Shown one piece after another: positions 11,247 to 20,456 of a DNA stretch of 64,000 nt. Within the stretch, counting starts at the first letter, position 1; every line of letters begins with the position of its first letter. The stretch is from an uncultured delta proteobacterium. Lineage in GTDB: Bacteria; Desulfobacterota; Binatia; Binatales; Binataceae. Made by a program: the position numbers and the translations under genes. The stretch covers positions 2,848,001-2,912,000 of the forward strand of contig CAWJET010000001.1 in assembly GCA_963842085.1 (NCBI GenBank). The letters run 5' to 3'. The notes beneath the pieces are model-generated. The model did no database searches. It had not been told where the DNA came from and saw nothing but the letters and a program-made list of their open reading frames with translations.

Positions 11247-11405
11247 GTATGGGCAAACCGCGGCGCGCGAGACTACAAAAGTGCTGAGCCCTCTGCGTTA
11301 CCTGGAGAACTCAAAATCGTTCGCTATCGGGTGTAACCGATGAGTAGCGACGCTTTTGTCGCAAAACCATGACTGCTTAATCCGTTCGGTTGCCAATAGA
11401 TGACG

Positions 11406-13160
11406 CTAGTCTGGCGACTCGTCGACGGTGCGCTGCTCGATCGCAATGGTGGTCTCGTAGGCGGAGGACAGTTCGATCACTCGGCTGTGAAATTTGCGCA
11501 GACTTTGTCGGTGTCCGATGCTGATGAACGCAGTCGGCGAGTTCGCGAGCAGTGAGTACAGGCTTTCCTCGGCAGCCATATCGAGCGCGCTGGTGGCTTC
11601 GTCGAGAAAGGCGAAGCGAGGACGATTGAGCAGGAGGCGTGCGAACACAAGCCGCTGTTGTTCGCCGCCCGACAGCACGTCTGCCCAGTGAAGTTCGGCA
11701 TCCAGACCTCCGAACTGATCGGGCAGATGCGCGAGACCGACCATGCGCAACACCTCGAGCAGCTCGTCGTCGCTTACTTCGCTTGCGCGCGGATATTGGA
11801 GCTGTTGGCGAAGCGAGCCGAGTATCAAGTACGGCTTCTGCGGCATGAACATGATCTGCTCGGTCGGAGGCCGCAAGATCCGGCCGCTGCCGAAATTCCA
11901 AATGCCGGCGACTGCCCTCATCAGCGAGGTTTTGCCCGCGCCACTCGGTCCCGTGAGCAGCAGCGTGTCGCCGTACTTCACCTCGACGGACAGATTGCGC
12001 TGCAACTCCCGCTTCCAATCGGGCGTCATCAGGCTCACGTTGTCGAGTGAAACTCGTCCGTCCGCTTCGCCGACTTCGATGTGCGCGCCACCGTCCGCAT
12101 TCTCGCTGCCGGCGTCGTCGCAACGCTCTTCGAACGCGGCGAGACGATTGACCACCGAGGCGTAGTCGGTGAGCCCCTGGAATTGATCGACCACGAGCGA
12201 GAGCGATCCCTGCAAAACCGAAAATGCGTACGCGGCCTGTGTGAATTCGCCCAGTTCGAACCGCCCCGAAAAGTACGCGCCGGCAAGCACAAAATAGGGC
12301 ACCAGGCCGGCCGCGTTGTCGTAAGCTGCGGTGAAGAACGTCAGATGGCGCTGCCAGAGAATCAGCAGTTTGAAATTTCTGATCACGTTGGCGAACCGCC
12401 GCCGCAGTTGATGCGCCTCGTCGCGCGCGCCGTCGTACAAGGCGATCGCTTCGGCGTTATCGCGCGCGTGGACCAACGCGAAGCGGTAATCAGCCTCGAA
12501 TCGTTGCTGATTGAAGTTGATTACCACCAGGCGGCGTCCGATCACCGCGGCGAGCCAGGTGCCGATAAGCGCATAGCCGATCAGACACACCGCGAGCCGT
12601 CGCGAGATCAACCACAGGATTCCGAAAAATGTCACCGCGGTTACGACCGCCTGCAAGGCGGTCATGGAATAGTTGAGCGCGCCGCCGGTGAAGCTGTTGA
12701 TGTCTTCGCTGATGCGCTGGTCCGGATTGTCGACCGAGTGATCGCGCATGATGTGGTAGAGCGCGTTTCGATGCAGCATGCGGTGAACGAACAATTCGGT
12801 CATCCAGTCGCGCCAATCGATTCGGAGCAGTCCGCTGAGGTAGGGATAGAAGGCGGCGATCGGCACGAACAACACGACCCAGGTCGCGAACAACACCATC
12901 AAGTGGTAGAAGCGCGCAGAGTCTTTGTTCTGCAGCGAGTTCATGATGTCACGGGATACATAACTGAAGATAGCTTGCATCCCAATCGTGCCCAGGCTCA
13001 GCACGATCAGCACACCGATAAGCAGGAGTGCTGTCCCGCGCCGCTCCGAACTCCAGTAAGGACCTGCGAGCCGCCACAGGCGCTTCCAAAATAGCCGATC
13101 GAAGCGATCTGAAGTGGCGCGGGCAAGGTCGCCGTTATCTGACGAGTCATTTCCGTTCAT
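11406..13160 (-). CDS. ABC transporter, fused permease/ATPase (YddA/BacA-like, ABCD type)
   Basis: DNPDQRISED, NAEAIALY, GPSGAGKT, LSGGEQQR, LDEATSALD. Confidence 0.92.
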   Translation of the reverse strand: MNGNDSSDNGDLARATSDRFDRLFWKRLWRLAGPYWSSERRGTALLLIGVLIVLSLGTIGMQAIFSYVSRDIMNSLQNKDSARFYHLMVLFATWVVLFVPIAAFYPYLSGLLRIDWRDWMTELFVHRMLHRNALYHIMRDHSVDNPDQRISEDINSFTGGALNYSMTALQAVVTAVTFFGILWLISRRLAVCLIGYALIGTWLAAVIGRRLVVINFNQQRFEADYRFALVHARDNAEAIALYDGARDEAHQLRRRFANVIRNFKLLILWQRHLTFFTAAYDNAAGLVPYFVLAGAYFSGRFELGEFTQAAYAFSVLQGSLSLVVDQFQGLTDYASVVNRLAAFEERCDDAGSENADGGAHIEVGEADGRVSLDNVSLMTPDWKRELQRNLSVEVKYGDTLLLTGPSGAGKTSLMRAVAGIWNFGSGRILRPPTEQIMFMPQKPYLILGSLRQQLQYPRASEVSDDELLEVLRMVGLAHLPDQFGGLDAELHWADVLSGGEQQRLVFARLLLNRPRFAFLDEATSALDMAAEESLYSLLANSPTAFISIGHRQSLRKFHSRVIELSSAYETTIAIEQRTVDESPD

Positions 13161-13432
13161 GTCTTGTTAGACGTTAGCAACGAGCGAAGTGATTCCGATC
13201 TTGCCTCTGCAGCGCGCCTGAATTAGTTCGCCGAGGTTGAAGAATCAGGGCAATTTAACGGTTGAATTCCGGAACTTCCTGCATCGTCAACAAGATTAAA
13301 GAGACCTGGTTGGCCACCAACACGACCAGCCGTAACTGGTTCAGCGGGGCGATCGGACACTCTATACGGTGATCAATCCAGTTGCGTAGCCGCACTCTGT
13401 CTACCAGATGCGCTCGAGGGAATGTAAGGATT

Positions 13433-13834
13433 ATGAAAAAGACTATGAAAAAGATGCACTTGCTCGGCGGCAGCTTCCTCCTCGTCACTGCGTTGACGCT
13501 GGGCTTCGCAATGCCAGCATTCGCGGAAACCGTGGTGGTGAAGATGTTCGACACACCATCCAAATTCGTTCCGAACCCGGTGAAGATCAAAGTCGGCGAT
13601 ACTGTAGAGTGGGAAAATAAGGGTGAAACCATCCATACTGCCACCACCGATCCGTCCCAGGCGCCCGACAAAAGCTGGGCGTCCGTGCCGCCCGGGGCGG
13701 AGACCTGGGACTCCGGTTACATGAACTCGGGGGACACCTGGAGCTACACGTTCAAGGTTCCCGGAGTTTACCACTACTTCTGCACGACGCACGTAAAAGA
13801 AGGAATGAAGGGCGAAATTGACGTAGAGAAATAG
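13433..13834 (+). CDS. Secreted cupredoxin (plastocyanin/azurin family)
   Basis: Signal peptide (..PAFA/ET), HTAT and YFCTTH...GMKG type 1 copper ligands. Confidence 0.9.
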   Translation: MKKTMKKMHLLGGSFLLVTALTLGFAMPAFAETVVVKMFDTPSKFVPNPVKIKVGDTVEWENKGETIHTATTDPSQAPDKSWASVPPGAETWDSGYMNSGDTWSYTFKVPGVYHYFCTTHVKEGMKGEIDVEK

Positions 13835-14015
13835 GCACTCGGGGCGCGACTGCTACCGTGGAGACCGACGATAGCAAACCGCAACCAGCCTGATCTTTGA
13901 ATGCGCAGCGAAGAGCGAAGGTGCCGACGCCGAAACCGACGGCCTAAAGTCCGCCCACGGCGGTGAGTCCATAGAGCGAGCGCGGTTGCCCCACACATCC
14001 TGGTATTTTTCAATA

Positions 14016-14098
14016 TGCCGAGGGCGGGACTTGAACCCGCACGTGGTTGCCCACGGAGGATTTTGAGTCCTCTGCGTCTGCCATTCCGCCACCTCGGC
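14016..14098 (-). tRNA. tRNA-Leu(CAA)
   Basis: GCCGAGGTGGCGGAATGGCAGACGCA-GAGGA-CT-CAA-AA-TCCTC, long variable arm, GGTTCAAGTCC, CCTCGGCA; CCA not encoded. Confidence 0.97.
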
Positions 14099-14305
14099 AC
14101 TCGAAGAAGCTTGCAGACTCAGCCGGGTCATCTTAGCAAAGGTAGCGCGGCCGGCAATGGCGACGGATAGGGCCAACTCACGTATTGGTCGCGACCCCAG
14201 CATTGATCGCTTGTTTGGTCTCGGGTGGCGCGACGCGGCGACCTCGATAGACAATCGACGGCGACTGCCGCACTAGCGTGATAGTCAAAAGGTAGTATAG
14301 AACTG

Positions 14306-14341
14306 AATAGCAAGTACAATACTCACTTGTATCTTGCGATT
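14306..14341. promoter_or_regulatory. AT-rich inverted repeat, operator candidate
   Basis: AATAGCAAGTACAA-tactcac-TTGTATCTTGCGATT upstream of the methyltransferase. Confidence 0.5.
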
Positions 14342-14379
14342 GTTTGCTTAGTATAGTGTAGCGAGCGCACTATGTATTC

Positions 14380-15048
14380 ATGGAAGCGGTCGCCGTTGGC
14401 ATTCCCGCACCGGTCCCGGTTGCGCAACCGCGCGTCACACTCGCAGGCCTGAAGCATGCCCTTGGCGATTGTCTGCTGGCCGCGTCGTTCTTGCTCGCGA
14501 CGTTGCCGGCCGGACGCGAGCTCAGCTTTACTCTGGCGGGAGCGGCGAACGTGGTATGGCTGGCGGGCGCCGCGATCATGGCCGTCATGTCGCTCGCGCG
14601 ATTTGCCCCGCGCACGGCCAGCGTAAATCTGCGCACGCTGACCGCGTCGGGCGGCATGCTGATCCTCCCGTGTTTCATGCGGCCGAGCGACCTTGCCACC
14701 GGCGCGCTGGCGACCACCGGACTTCTTTTCGAGTTGTTCGGCGTAGTGCTGACCCAGGTCGCGCGCGTCTATATGGGTCGCAGCTTCGGTGTGCTGCCCG
14801 CGAACCGCGGCATCGTGTCGAAGGGGCCGTTTCGATGGGTTCGTCATCCCATATATTTCGGATGGCTGATGCTTTCGATTGGCTACGCGATGTCCTACGC
14901 GAACGGTCGCAATATCATGCTGGTCGTGGTGACGCTTCCGTTCATGGTCTGGCGAATCGAGCAGGAAGAAGTGCATTTGAGGGCGGATCCCGCATACCGC
15001 CGCTACATGGATCGAGTCCGGTACCGTTTGTGCCCGGGAGTTGTCTGA
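14380..15048 (+). CDS. Isoprenylcysteine carboxyl methyltransferase/PEMT-family membrane protein
   Basis: GRSFG, GPFRWVRHPIY, RIEQEE..Y..Y motifs. Confidence 0.85.
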   Translation: MEAVAVGIPAPVPVAQPRVTLAGLKHALGDCLLAASFLLATLPAGRELSFTLAGAANVVWLAGAAIMAVMSLARFAPRTASVNLRTLTASGGMLILPCFMRPSDLATGALATTGLLFELFGVVLTQVARVYMGRSFGVLPANRGIVSKGPFRWVRHPIYFGWLMLSIGYAMSYANGRNIMLVVVTLPFMVWRIEQEEVHLRADPAYRRYMDRVRYRLCPGVV

Positions 15049-15084
15049 GCCGAATTGGCTGCCGCAGGCGCGGACGCCTTCCAG

Positions 15085-18000
15085 CTACTCCCGCGGCGAA
15101 CGAGCTTCGGTGCGGCCGCTGCCGCGCGTGCCCATCAGGTAGATTCCACCCGCGAGCGGGCTCGAAAGAATCATCGCGAACGCCAGTCCGCCGATCACGG
15201 CGATTGCCAGCGGTTGCTGAACCTTGGCGCCCGCACCGTAGCCGAGCGCGAGCGGTAACAGCCCCGCCGCCGTGGCGAGCGTGGTCATGATGATCGGGCG
15301 CAGCCGCACCGTCGCCGCCTCGAATAGCGCCGCGCCCGGTCGTACGCCCGCGCCGACTTCGCGCTCGGCATGGTCGAGCAGCAGGATGCCGTTCTTGGCG
15401 GTGATTCCCGCGACCATGATGATGCCCATGAACGATGAGATGTTGAGCGTCATGCCGGTCACGGCGAGCGCGATGAAACTGCCCGCGAGACACGACATCG
15501 CGGCCACCAGGCATGCAACCGCGGGCGCGAGCCGCGCGAACTCCCAGACCAGGATCAGGAACATCATGATCGTACCCGCCACCAGCACCAGCGCGAGCTC
15601 GTGAAAGGCCCGCTGCTGCTGCGCGTAAAGCCCGCCGTATTCGAGCGACACGCCGGCCGCCAGCGGCATCCGCGACAGGCTCTGCTTGACCTGGCTGACG
15701 GCAGTGCCGAGGTCGATACCCTCCAGCCGCGCCGTGACGTGCACGACGGACCGCTGGCGCTCGCGCGCGATCTCGCTGGTCTCGCCGAGAAAGTCGATCT
15801 TCGTGACCGCCGACAGCGGCACACGCGCATTCGTGCTCGACTTGAGAATCACTTCCGACAGAGTCCCGAGATCTTCGTGGAATGCGTCCGGGTATCGCAC
15901 CCGCACGCCGACCAGCCGATCGCCCGACAGGACGTTGGTGGCGACCGTCCCTTGAATCACCGAATCGAGCGCGGTGCGGATGTCATCGGCGCTCAGTCCG
16001 TAGTGCGCGGCCGAAGTGTTGTCGACGACGACCGCCTGCTCCGGGATGCTCTCGACGATTCCGTCGAACACGTCCACCAGGCCGTGAATCGAGCGCATCC
16101 GATCAGCCACTTGCCGCGCCGTCGCCTCGATCGTCTTCTGGTCGGGGCCGAAGACCTTGACCTCGATCGGCTCCGGCACGCCTGAAAGATCGCCGATCAG
16201 GTCCTGCAACACCTGCGAGAACTCGATCGATACTCCCGGCACCGAGCTCAGGATGCGTTCGCGGATGGAATCGATGACCGTATCGATGTCGCGTTTGCGG
16301 TCCGGTTTCAGCCGCACGGACATGTCTCCGCGATTCGATTCGGTCAGAAAAAATCCAAGCTGCGTGCCGGTGCGGCGGCTGAACGCAACGACTTCGGGCG
16401 TCGTTTTCAGAATCGACTGAATCGAGTCGAGCAACGCAGTCGTGTCGGCCATCGTGCTCTGCGGCGGCGTTAGGTAGTCGAGGACAAACGCGCCTTCGTC
16501 GAGCGGCGGCAGATAGTCGGTGCCGATACTGTTGTAAACGAAGTACGCGACCAACATCGAAACCGCAGCACCAAGGATTGCCAGCGCGGGAATCCGGATG
16601 ATCGGCCGGATCGCAGTCAGAAACAGCGTCTGCACGCCGCGATAGATTCGTCCCGCCGCGCGCGCGCGCCCGCGAAACCGCGCCATCGCAAGTTCTATCG
16701 CGGGCGTGAAGTAGATGGCGAGTATCAGCGAAATCGCCAGTCCTCCGCCCAGCGTCGCCGCCAGTGAGCGGAAGAAAACGCCGGTCACACCCGAAATAAA
16801 AACCAGCGGCCCGAATACGACGATCACCGTCATGGTCGCGGCGAACAGCGGGCGCCGGAGACGCTTGAGCGCTTCGGCCACTGCCGTACCAGCGGATTGA
16901 CCCGACGCGAGTTCGCGATGAATCGCTTCGATCATTACGATCGCGTCGTCGATGAAAAGTCCGATTCCGGCCGCCAGCCCGCCCAGCGTCATCATGTTGA
17001 AGGTCAGTCCCGCGGCTTTCATCACGATGAATGTGATCGCAACCGTGCACGGCACCACCGTCGCCGCAACCAGCGCGCTGAGCGGACTCATCGTGAACAC
17101 CAGCACCACCAGCACCGCCAGCGCGAGGCCGAGCAGGATCGCGTCGCGCACGCTGTTGAACGATTCGCTGACCAGTTCCGACTGATCGTACGAAACCGAA
17201 AACTGAACGTCGGGATAACGCTGGCGAAACTCCGCGAGGATCTGCCGCGCCTCGGCCGCGATCGTCACCGTATTGCCGCTCGGCCGCCGCGAGATTCCGA
17301 CCAGCACCGCCGCGCCGTTCTCGGACGCGGCCCTGATGTAGTCTTCGCGGATTCCCAATTCGACCGAACCCACGTCGCTGACGCGCACCGGTTGACCGCC
17401 AATAGCCGACAGCGGCACCGCGGCAATCTGGCCGGCCTGGTGCAGATCGCTGGTCACCACCGTCAGCAGCATCCGGTGCGATTCGTTCATCCGGCCCGCC
17501 GACGCGATGACGTTATTGTGCGCCAGGCCCGCGACGACCTGGGCCGGCGACATGTCATGCTGCAGCATCCGCGCCGGATCGAGCCGCACCACGAATTCGC
17601 GGTACTTGCCGCCGATTACGCCGACCCGGTAGGTGCCCTCGATGCGATGCAGGCTCGGAACGAGATCGTAGTTCGCGATGTCGGTCAGTTCGGGCAGGCT
17701 GCGAATCTTCGAGCTCAGGCTGAGATCGACGATCGGAAAGGTGCCGGTCGTCAGCAACAGCGCGTCGAGCGTCGTATCGTTCGGGAGCTGCGCGCGCGTA
17801 TGCGCGACTGCGGCGTTCAGCATCTGGTAGCTGGTTTGTGGGTCGGCGTCTTCGCCGAACGTAACGTCTATCTCGGCGCTGCCGCGGGTCGTCGTCGATC
17901 GAACCAGTTCCACACCGGGCACGGTGTATGCGCTTTCCTCCAGCGGCCGCGTTACCGACGCGAGCATCTGTTCCGCCGGCAGATCGCCGCTGTCGGCGAG

Positions 18001-18126
18001 AATCGTCGCGCGGCGAAACGTCATCTCGGGAAATACCGCGCTCGGAATCGTTCGCGCCAGGATGACCCCGAGCACGCTCGCTGCCAGCACCGACAGCACC
18101 GCCAGCGTCGAGCTGCTGCGCGTCAT
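15085..18126 (-). CDS. RND efflux transporter permease
   Basis: 1013 aa; GLFIDDAIVMIE, TAKNGILL, RLRPIIMT, QPLAIAVIGG. Confidence 0.95.
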   Translation of the reverse strand: MTRSSSTLAVLSVLAASVLGVILARTIPSAVFPEMTFRRATILADSGDLPAEQMLASVTRPLEESAYTVPGVELVRSTTTRGSAEIDVTFGEDADPQTSYQMLNAAVAHTRAQLPNDTTLDALLLTTGTFPIVDLSLSSKIRSLPELTDIANYDLVPSLHRIEGTYRVGVIGGKYREFVVRLDPARMLQHDMSPAQVVAGLAHNNVIASAGRMNESHRMLLTVVTSDLHQAGQIAAVPLSAIGGQPVRVSDVGSVELGIREDYIRAASENGAAVLVGISRRPSGNTVTIAAEARQILAEFRQRYPDVQFSVSYDQSELVSESFNSVRDAILLGLALAVLVVLVFTMSPLSALVAATVVPCTVAITFIVMKAAGLTFNMMTLGGLAAGIGLFIDDAIVMIEAIHRELASGQSAGTAVAEALKRLRRPLFAATMTVIVVFGPLVFISGVTGVFFRSLAATLGGGLAISLILAIYFTPAIELAMARFRGRARAAGRIYRGVQTLFLTAIRPIIRIPALAILGAAVSMLVAYFVYNSIGTDYLPPLDEGAFVLDYLTPPQSTMADTTALLDSIQSILKTTPEVVAFSRRTGTQLGFFLTESNRGDMSVRLKPDRKRDIDTVIDSIRERILSSVPGVSIEFSQVLQDLIGDLSGVPEPIEVKVFGPDQKTIEATARQVADRMRSIHGLVDVFDGIVESIPEQAVVVDNTSAAHYGLSADDIRTALDSVIQGTVATNVLSGDRLVGVRVRYPDAFHEDLGTLSEVILKSSTNARVPLSAVTKIDFLGETSEIARERQRSVVHVTARLEGIDLGTAVSQVKQSLSRMPLAAGVSLEYGGLYAQQQRAFHELALVLVAGTIMMFLILVWEFARLAPAVACLVAAMSCLAGSFIALAVTGMTLNISSFMGIIMVAGITAKNGILLLDHAEREVGAGVRPGAALFEAATVRLRPIIMTTLATAAGLLPLALGYGAGAKVQQPLAIAVIGGLAFAMILSSPLAGGIYLMGTRGSGRTEARSPRE

Positions 18127-19130
18127 TGGTTTCCCTGCGCGACGCGAACGTGCAGGCCGTCGGACAGCGCATACCCGCCCGAAGTCACGACCAGTTCACC
18201 CGCTTTGATGCCGGCAGTCACCTGGACCAGATCGCGCTGGCGAAGTCCGACCGTTATATCCGTGCGATGCGCGCGGCCGTCGGCGCCGACCACAAACACG
18301 TGGTAACGATCCACGCCTTGGTCCTGAAACAGTGCCGGCGCGGGAATCACGATCGCGTCGGGGACGCTCGCGGTCTCGATCCGCACTTCGACTGGAGCGC
18401 CTGCCTCCGCGATACGCTCCGGGCCGGTGAAGTCCGTCCGCACCGACGAGGTCGCGCTCGATGCGTCAAAACTTGGCAGGATCGCCGCGATGCGCGCGGG
18501 AAACTCAACCCCGGGACGAAACGGCGTCGTCACCGTCGCGGCCATCCCGGGCCTCAACAATGAGAGCTGGTTCACCGGGACCGAGGTATCGACGTAGAGG
18601 CTTGCCGGATCGATTAGATCGACCAGCGTGTCGAGGTCGGCAACCATCTGGCCGCTGGTGACCGGCGGTTGCGAGACGATTCCCGATTCCGGCGCGACCA
18701 CCGGTATTCCCGCGCTGTGACTGTAGCGCTTGACGGACGCACTCAGCGCCGGCGCGTCCTGGGGATCGATCCTGCGCGCGACCGCGAGCCCGGCCTCCGC
18801 CGCTTCGATCTCGCGATTGACGACACGCGCGACGATCTGCCCCTTGCGCACGAAATCGCCGCTCGCCAGTTTCAGTCCCGTCACTCGGCCCGCCGTTGGC
18901 GCGCGGATGATCACGTGCCGCGTCGCGACGGTTTTGCCGAGCAGCCGAAGCTCGCTTGTCATCGGATGCACTTCGGCCCTTGCCGCGCTCACCAGCAGGA
19001 CGGGCTCGGGCTGCGCCGCGATTTCGCCGCCGCCTTCTTTCGCGCCGCCGCATCCTGCGAGCAGCGCCGTCGCCACTGCCGCCGCGAAGATCGCGATGGC
19101 GCGGCGGTTCGAGCCCGCGCGCCTTATCAT
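18123..19130 (-). CDS. RND periplasmic adaptor (membrane fusion) lipoprotein
   Basis: LLAGC lipobox, lipoyl-like GDFVRKGQ; ATGA overlaps with both neighbours. Confidence 0.9.
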   Translation of the reverse strand: MIRRAGSNRRAIAIFAAAVATALLAGCGGAKEGGGEIAAQPEPVLLVSAARAEVHPMTSELRLLGKTVATRHVIIRAPTAGRVTGLKLASGDFVRKGQIVARVVNREIEAAEAGLAVARRIDPQDAPALSASVKRYSHSAGIPVVAPESGIVSQPPVTSGQMVADLDTLVDLIDPASLYVDTSVPVNQLSLLRPGMAATVTTPFRPGVEFPARIAAILPSFDASSATSSVRTDFTGPERIAEAGAPVEVRIETASVPDAIVIPAPALFQDQGVDRYHVFVVGADGRAHRTDITVGLRQRDLVQVTAGIKAGELVVTSGGYALSDGLHVRVAQGNQ

Positions 19131-20386
19131 TGGATACGGCCGAGGAGCAGGTTCGTCTCCGCCACCGCCTCGCGCGCGTTGAACTCCTGGTCGTGCCGCT
19201 GCAGCCGCAATTGCTCGGCCTGCTGATACGCATCCAGCACTTCGAGCATCGTCACGGCGCCGCCGCCGAGGAAGCGCGTCCACGTCAGCGCGAAGTTATC
19301 GTCCGCGGTTGGCTGCGCGCGCGACAGGATGTCGAGTTGCCGATTCGCCTGGTCGTAACGAATCGACGCGTCCGCGATTCGCCGCTTCAGAATGTACTCG
19401 GCCTGCCGCGCCTGCGCTGTGGCCGAATGCTCTTTCGCCTTCGCCTGGTCGATGTGCGATGAAATCAGTCCGCCGTCGAACAGCGGTACCGACACGACGC
19501 CGTCGTATGAGCCGCCAAAGTTGTGCGAAATCGTCGCCGGCGGATCGATGCCGACAAATCCGGTCGTGAACGCGACCTGGAACGTCGGCAGACGCTCGGC
19601 CTTGGCCGCCTTGATTTGCGATTCTGCCGACGCGATCGCGCGCTGCGCCGCCTGCATTACGGGGCTCTGCGCAAGATCGCCCGACGGCTTCGGCGGAACG
19701 CCGGCGAGGCTCGCGATTTCGAGGTCGGGCTGATTCGGCTCGCCGATCAAAATGCCCAGCGCCGCGGTCGCGCGCTCGCTATTGCCGCGCGCCGCGTCGA
19801 GCGCAATCTCAGTACTGTCGCGCGCGGTGCGGAACTTCAGCACGTCATTGGTGATGACGCGTCCGCTTTTTTCGAGCGCCTCGATCGTAGTTACGTAGCG
19901 CGTCAAGCGTTCCAGGCTGGCCTGCAAATCGTGTTGCGCCCCCCGCGCGCGAAGCACATCGAAGTAGGCGATCGACGTATCGAAAACAATTTGCGCCCGC
20001 GCCGCAGCGACTCCCAGCCGCGAGGCTTCGTTGACGTACTCGGCCGCACGCAGCCGCGCCTGTCGCCGTCCCCAGTCCCACGCCGTGTAGTCGAGCGTCA
20101 GCAGACCGGCCGATAGTCCGCGGTTCGAAATGACCTCATTGTAACCCGGCGCCTGGTAGTACTCCGCGCCCGCCCCGACGGTCGGAAACAGCGGAGCACG
20201 CTGCTCGCGCACGTGTGCGACGCTCATGTCGCTCGCCGCGGCGGCGACGTCCACCGAAGGCGCCAGGTGCAAGGCGCGATCGATCGCGTCAGACAGAGTA
20301 ATGGTCGCGGCGGGCGCCACCGAAGCCCAACTCAAGAGCGCGGCAGCGAGCGCCGCCCTGAAGAGGTTGCGGCTAGTCTGCTCCAT
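19127..20386 (-). CDS. TolC-family outer membrane protein
   Basis: Signal peptide, two OEP-like repeats (PLFP.., VSVPLFDGG, LEVLDA). Confidence 0.9.
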   Translation of the reverse strand: MEQTSRNLFRAALAAALLSWASVAPAATITLSDAIDRALHLAPSVDVAAAASDMSVAHVREQRAPLFPTVGAGAEYYQAPGYNEVISNRGLSAGLLTLDYTAWDWGRRQARLRAAEYVNEASRLGVAAARAQIVFDTSIAYFDVLRARGAQHDLQASLERLTRYVTTIEALEKSGRVITNDVLKFRTARDSTEIALDAARGNSERATAALGILIGEPNQPDLEIASLAGVPPKPSGDLAQSPVMQAAQRAIASAESQIKAAKAERLPTFQVAFTTGFVGIDPPATISHNFGGSYDGVVSVPLFDGGLISSHIDQAKAKEHSATAQARQAEYILKRRIADASIRYDQANRQLDILSRAQPTADDNFALTWTRFLGGGAVTMLEVLDAYQQAEQLRLQRHDQEFNAREAVAETNLLLGRIQ

Positions 20387-20422
20387 TCGCGAAAGAGTAA
20401 CAGTGGTCCGCCGACCGGCCAA

Positions 20423-20448
20423 ATTAATGGACGTTAAGCTGATTAATG
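20423..20448 (-). promoter_or_regulatory. Tandem TTAA boxes, candidate OmpR-family response-regulator site
   Basis: TTAA at 20424, 20434 and 20443 in a GC-rich context; -10-like TACTCT (20394-20399) 7 nt before the tolC ATG. Confidence 0.5.
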
Positions 20449-20456
20449 AGCGGCGG

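Noticed and set aside
14016-14098. Prophage or genomic island integrated at tRNA-Leu
   Set aside because: No integrase, phage gene or duplicated tRNA 3' end seen by eye
14380-15048. MddA methanethiol S-methyltransferase next to the SBP56 cluster
   Set aside because: Same superfamily, but only generic ICMT/PEMT motifs are visible and the gene is convergent to the cluster; cannot be assigned without a search
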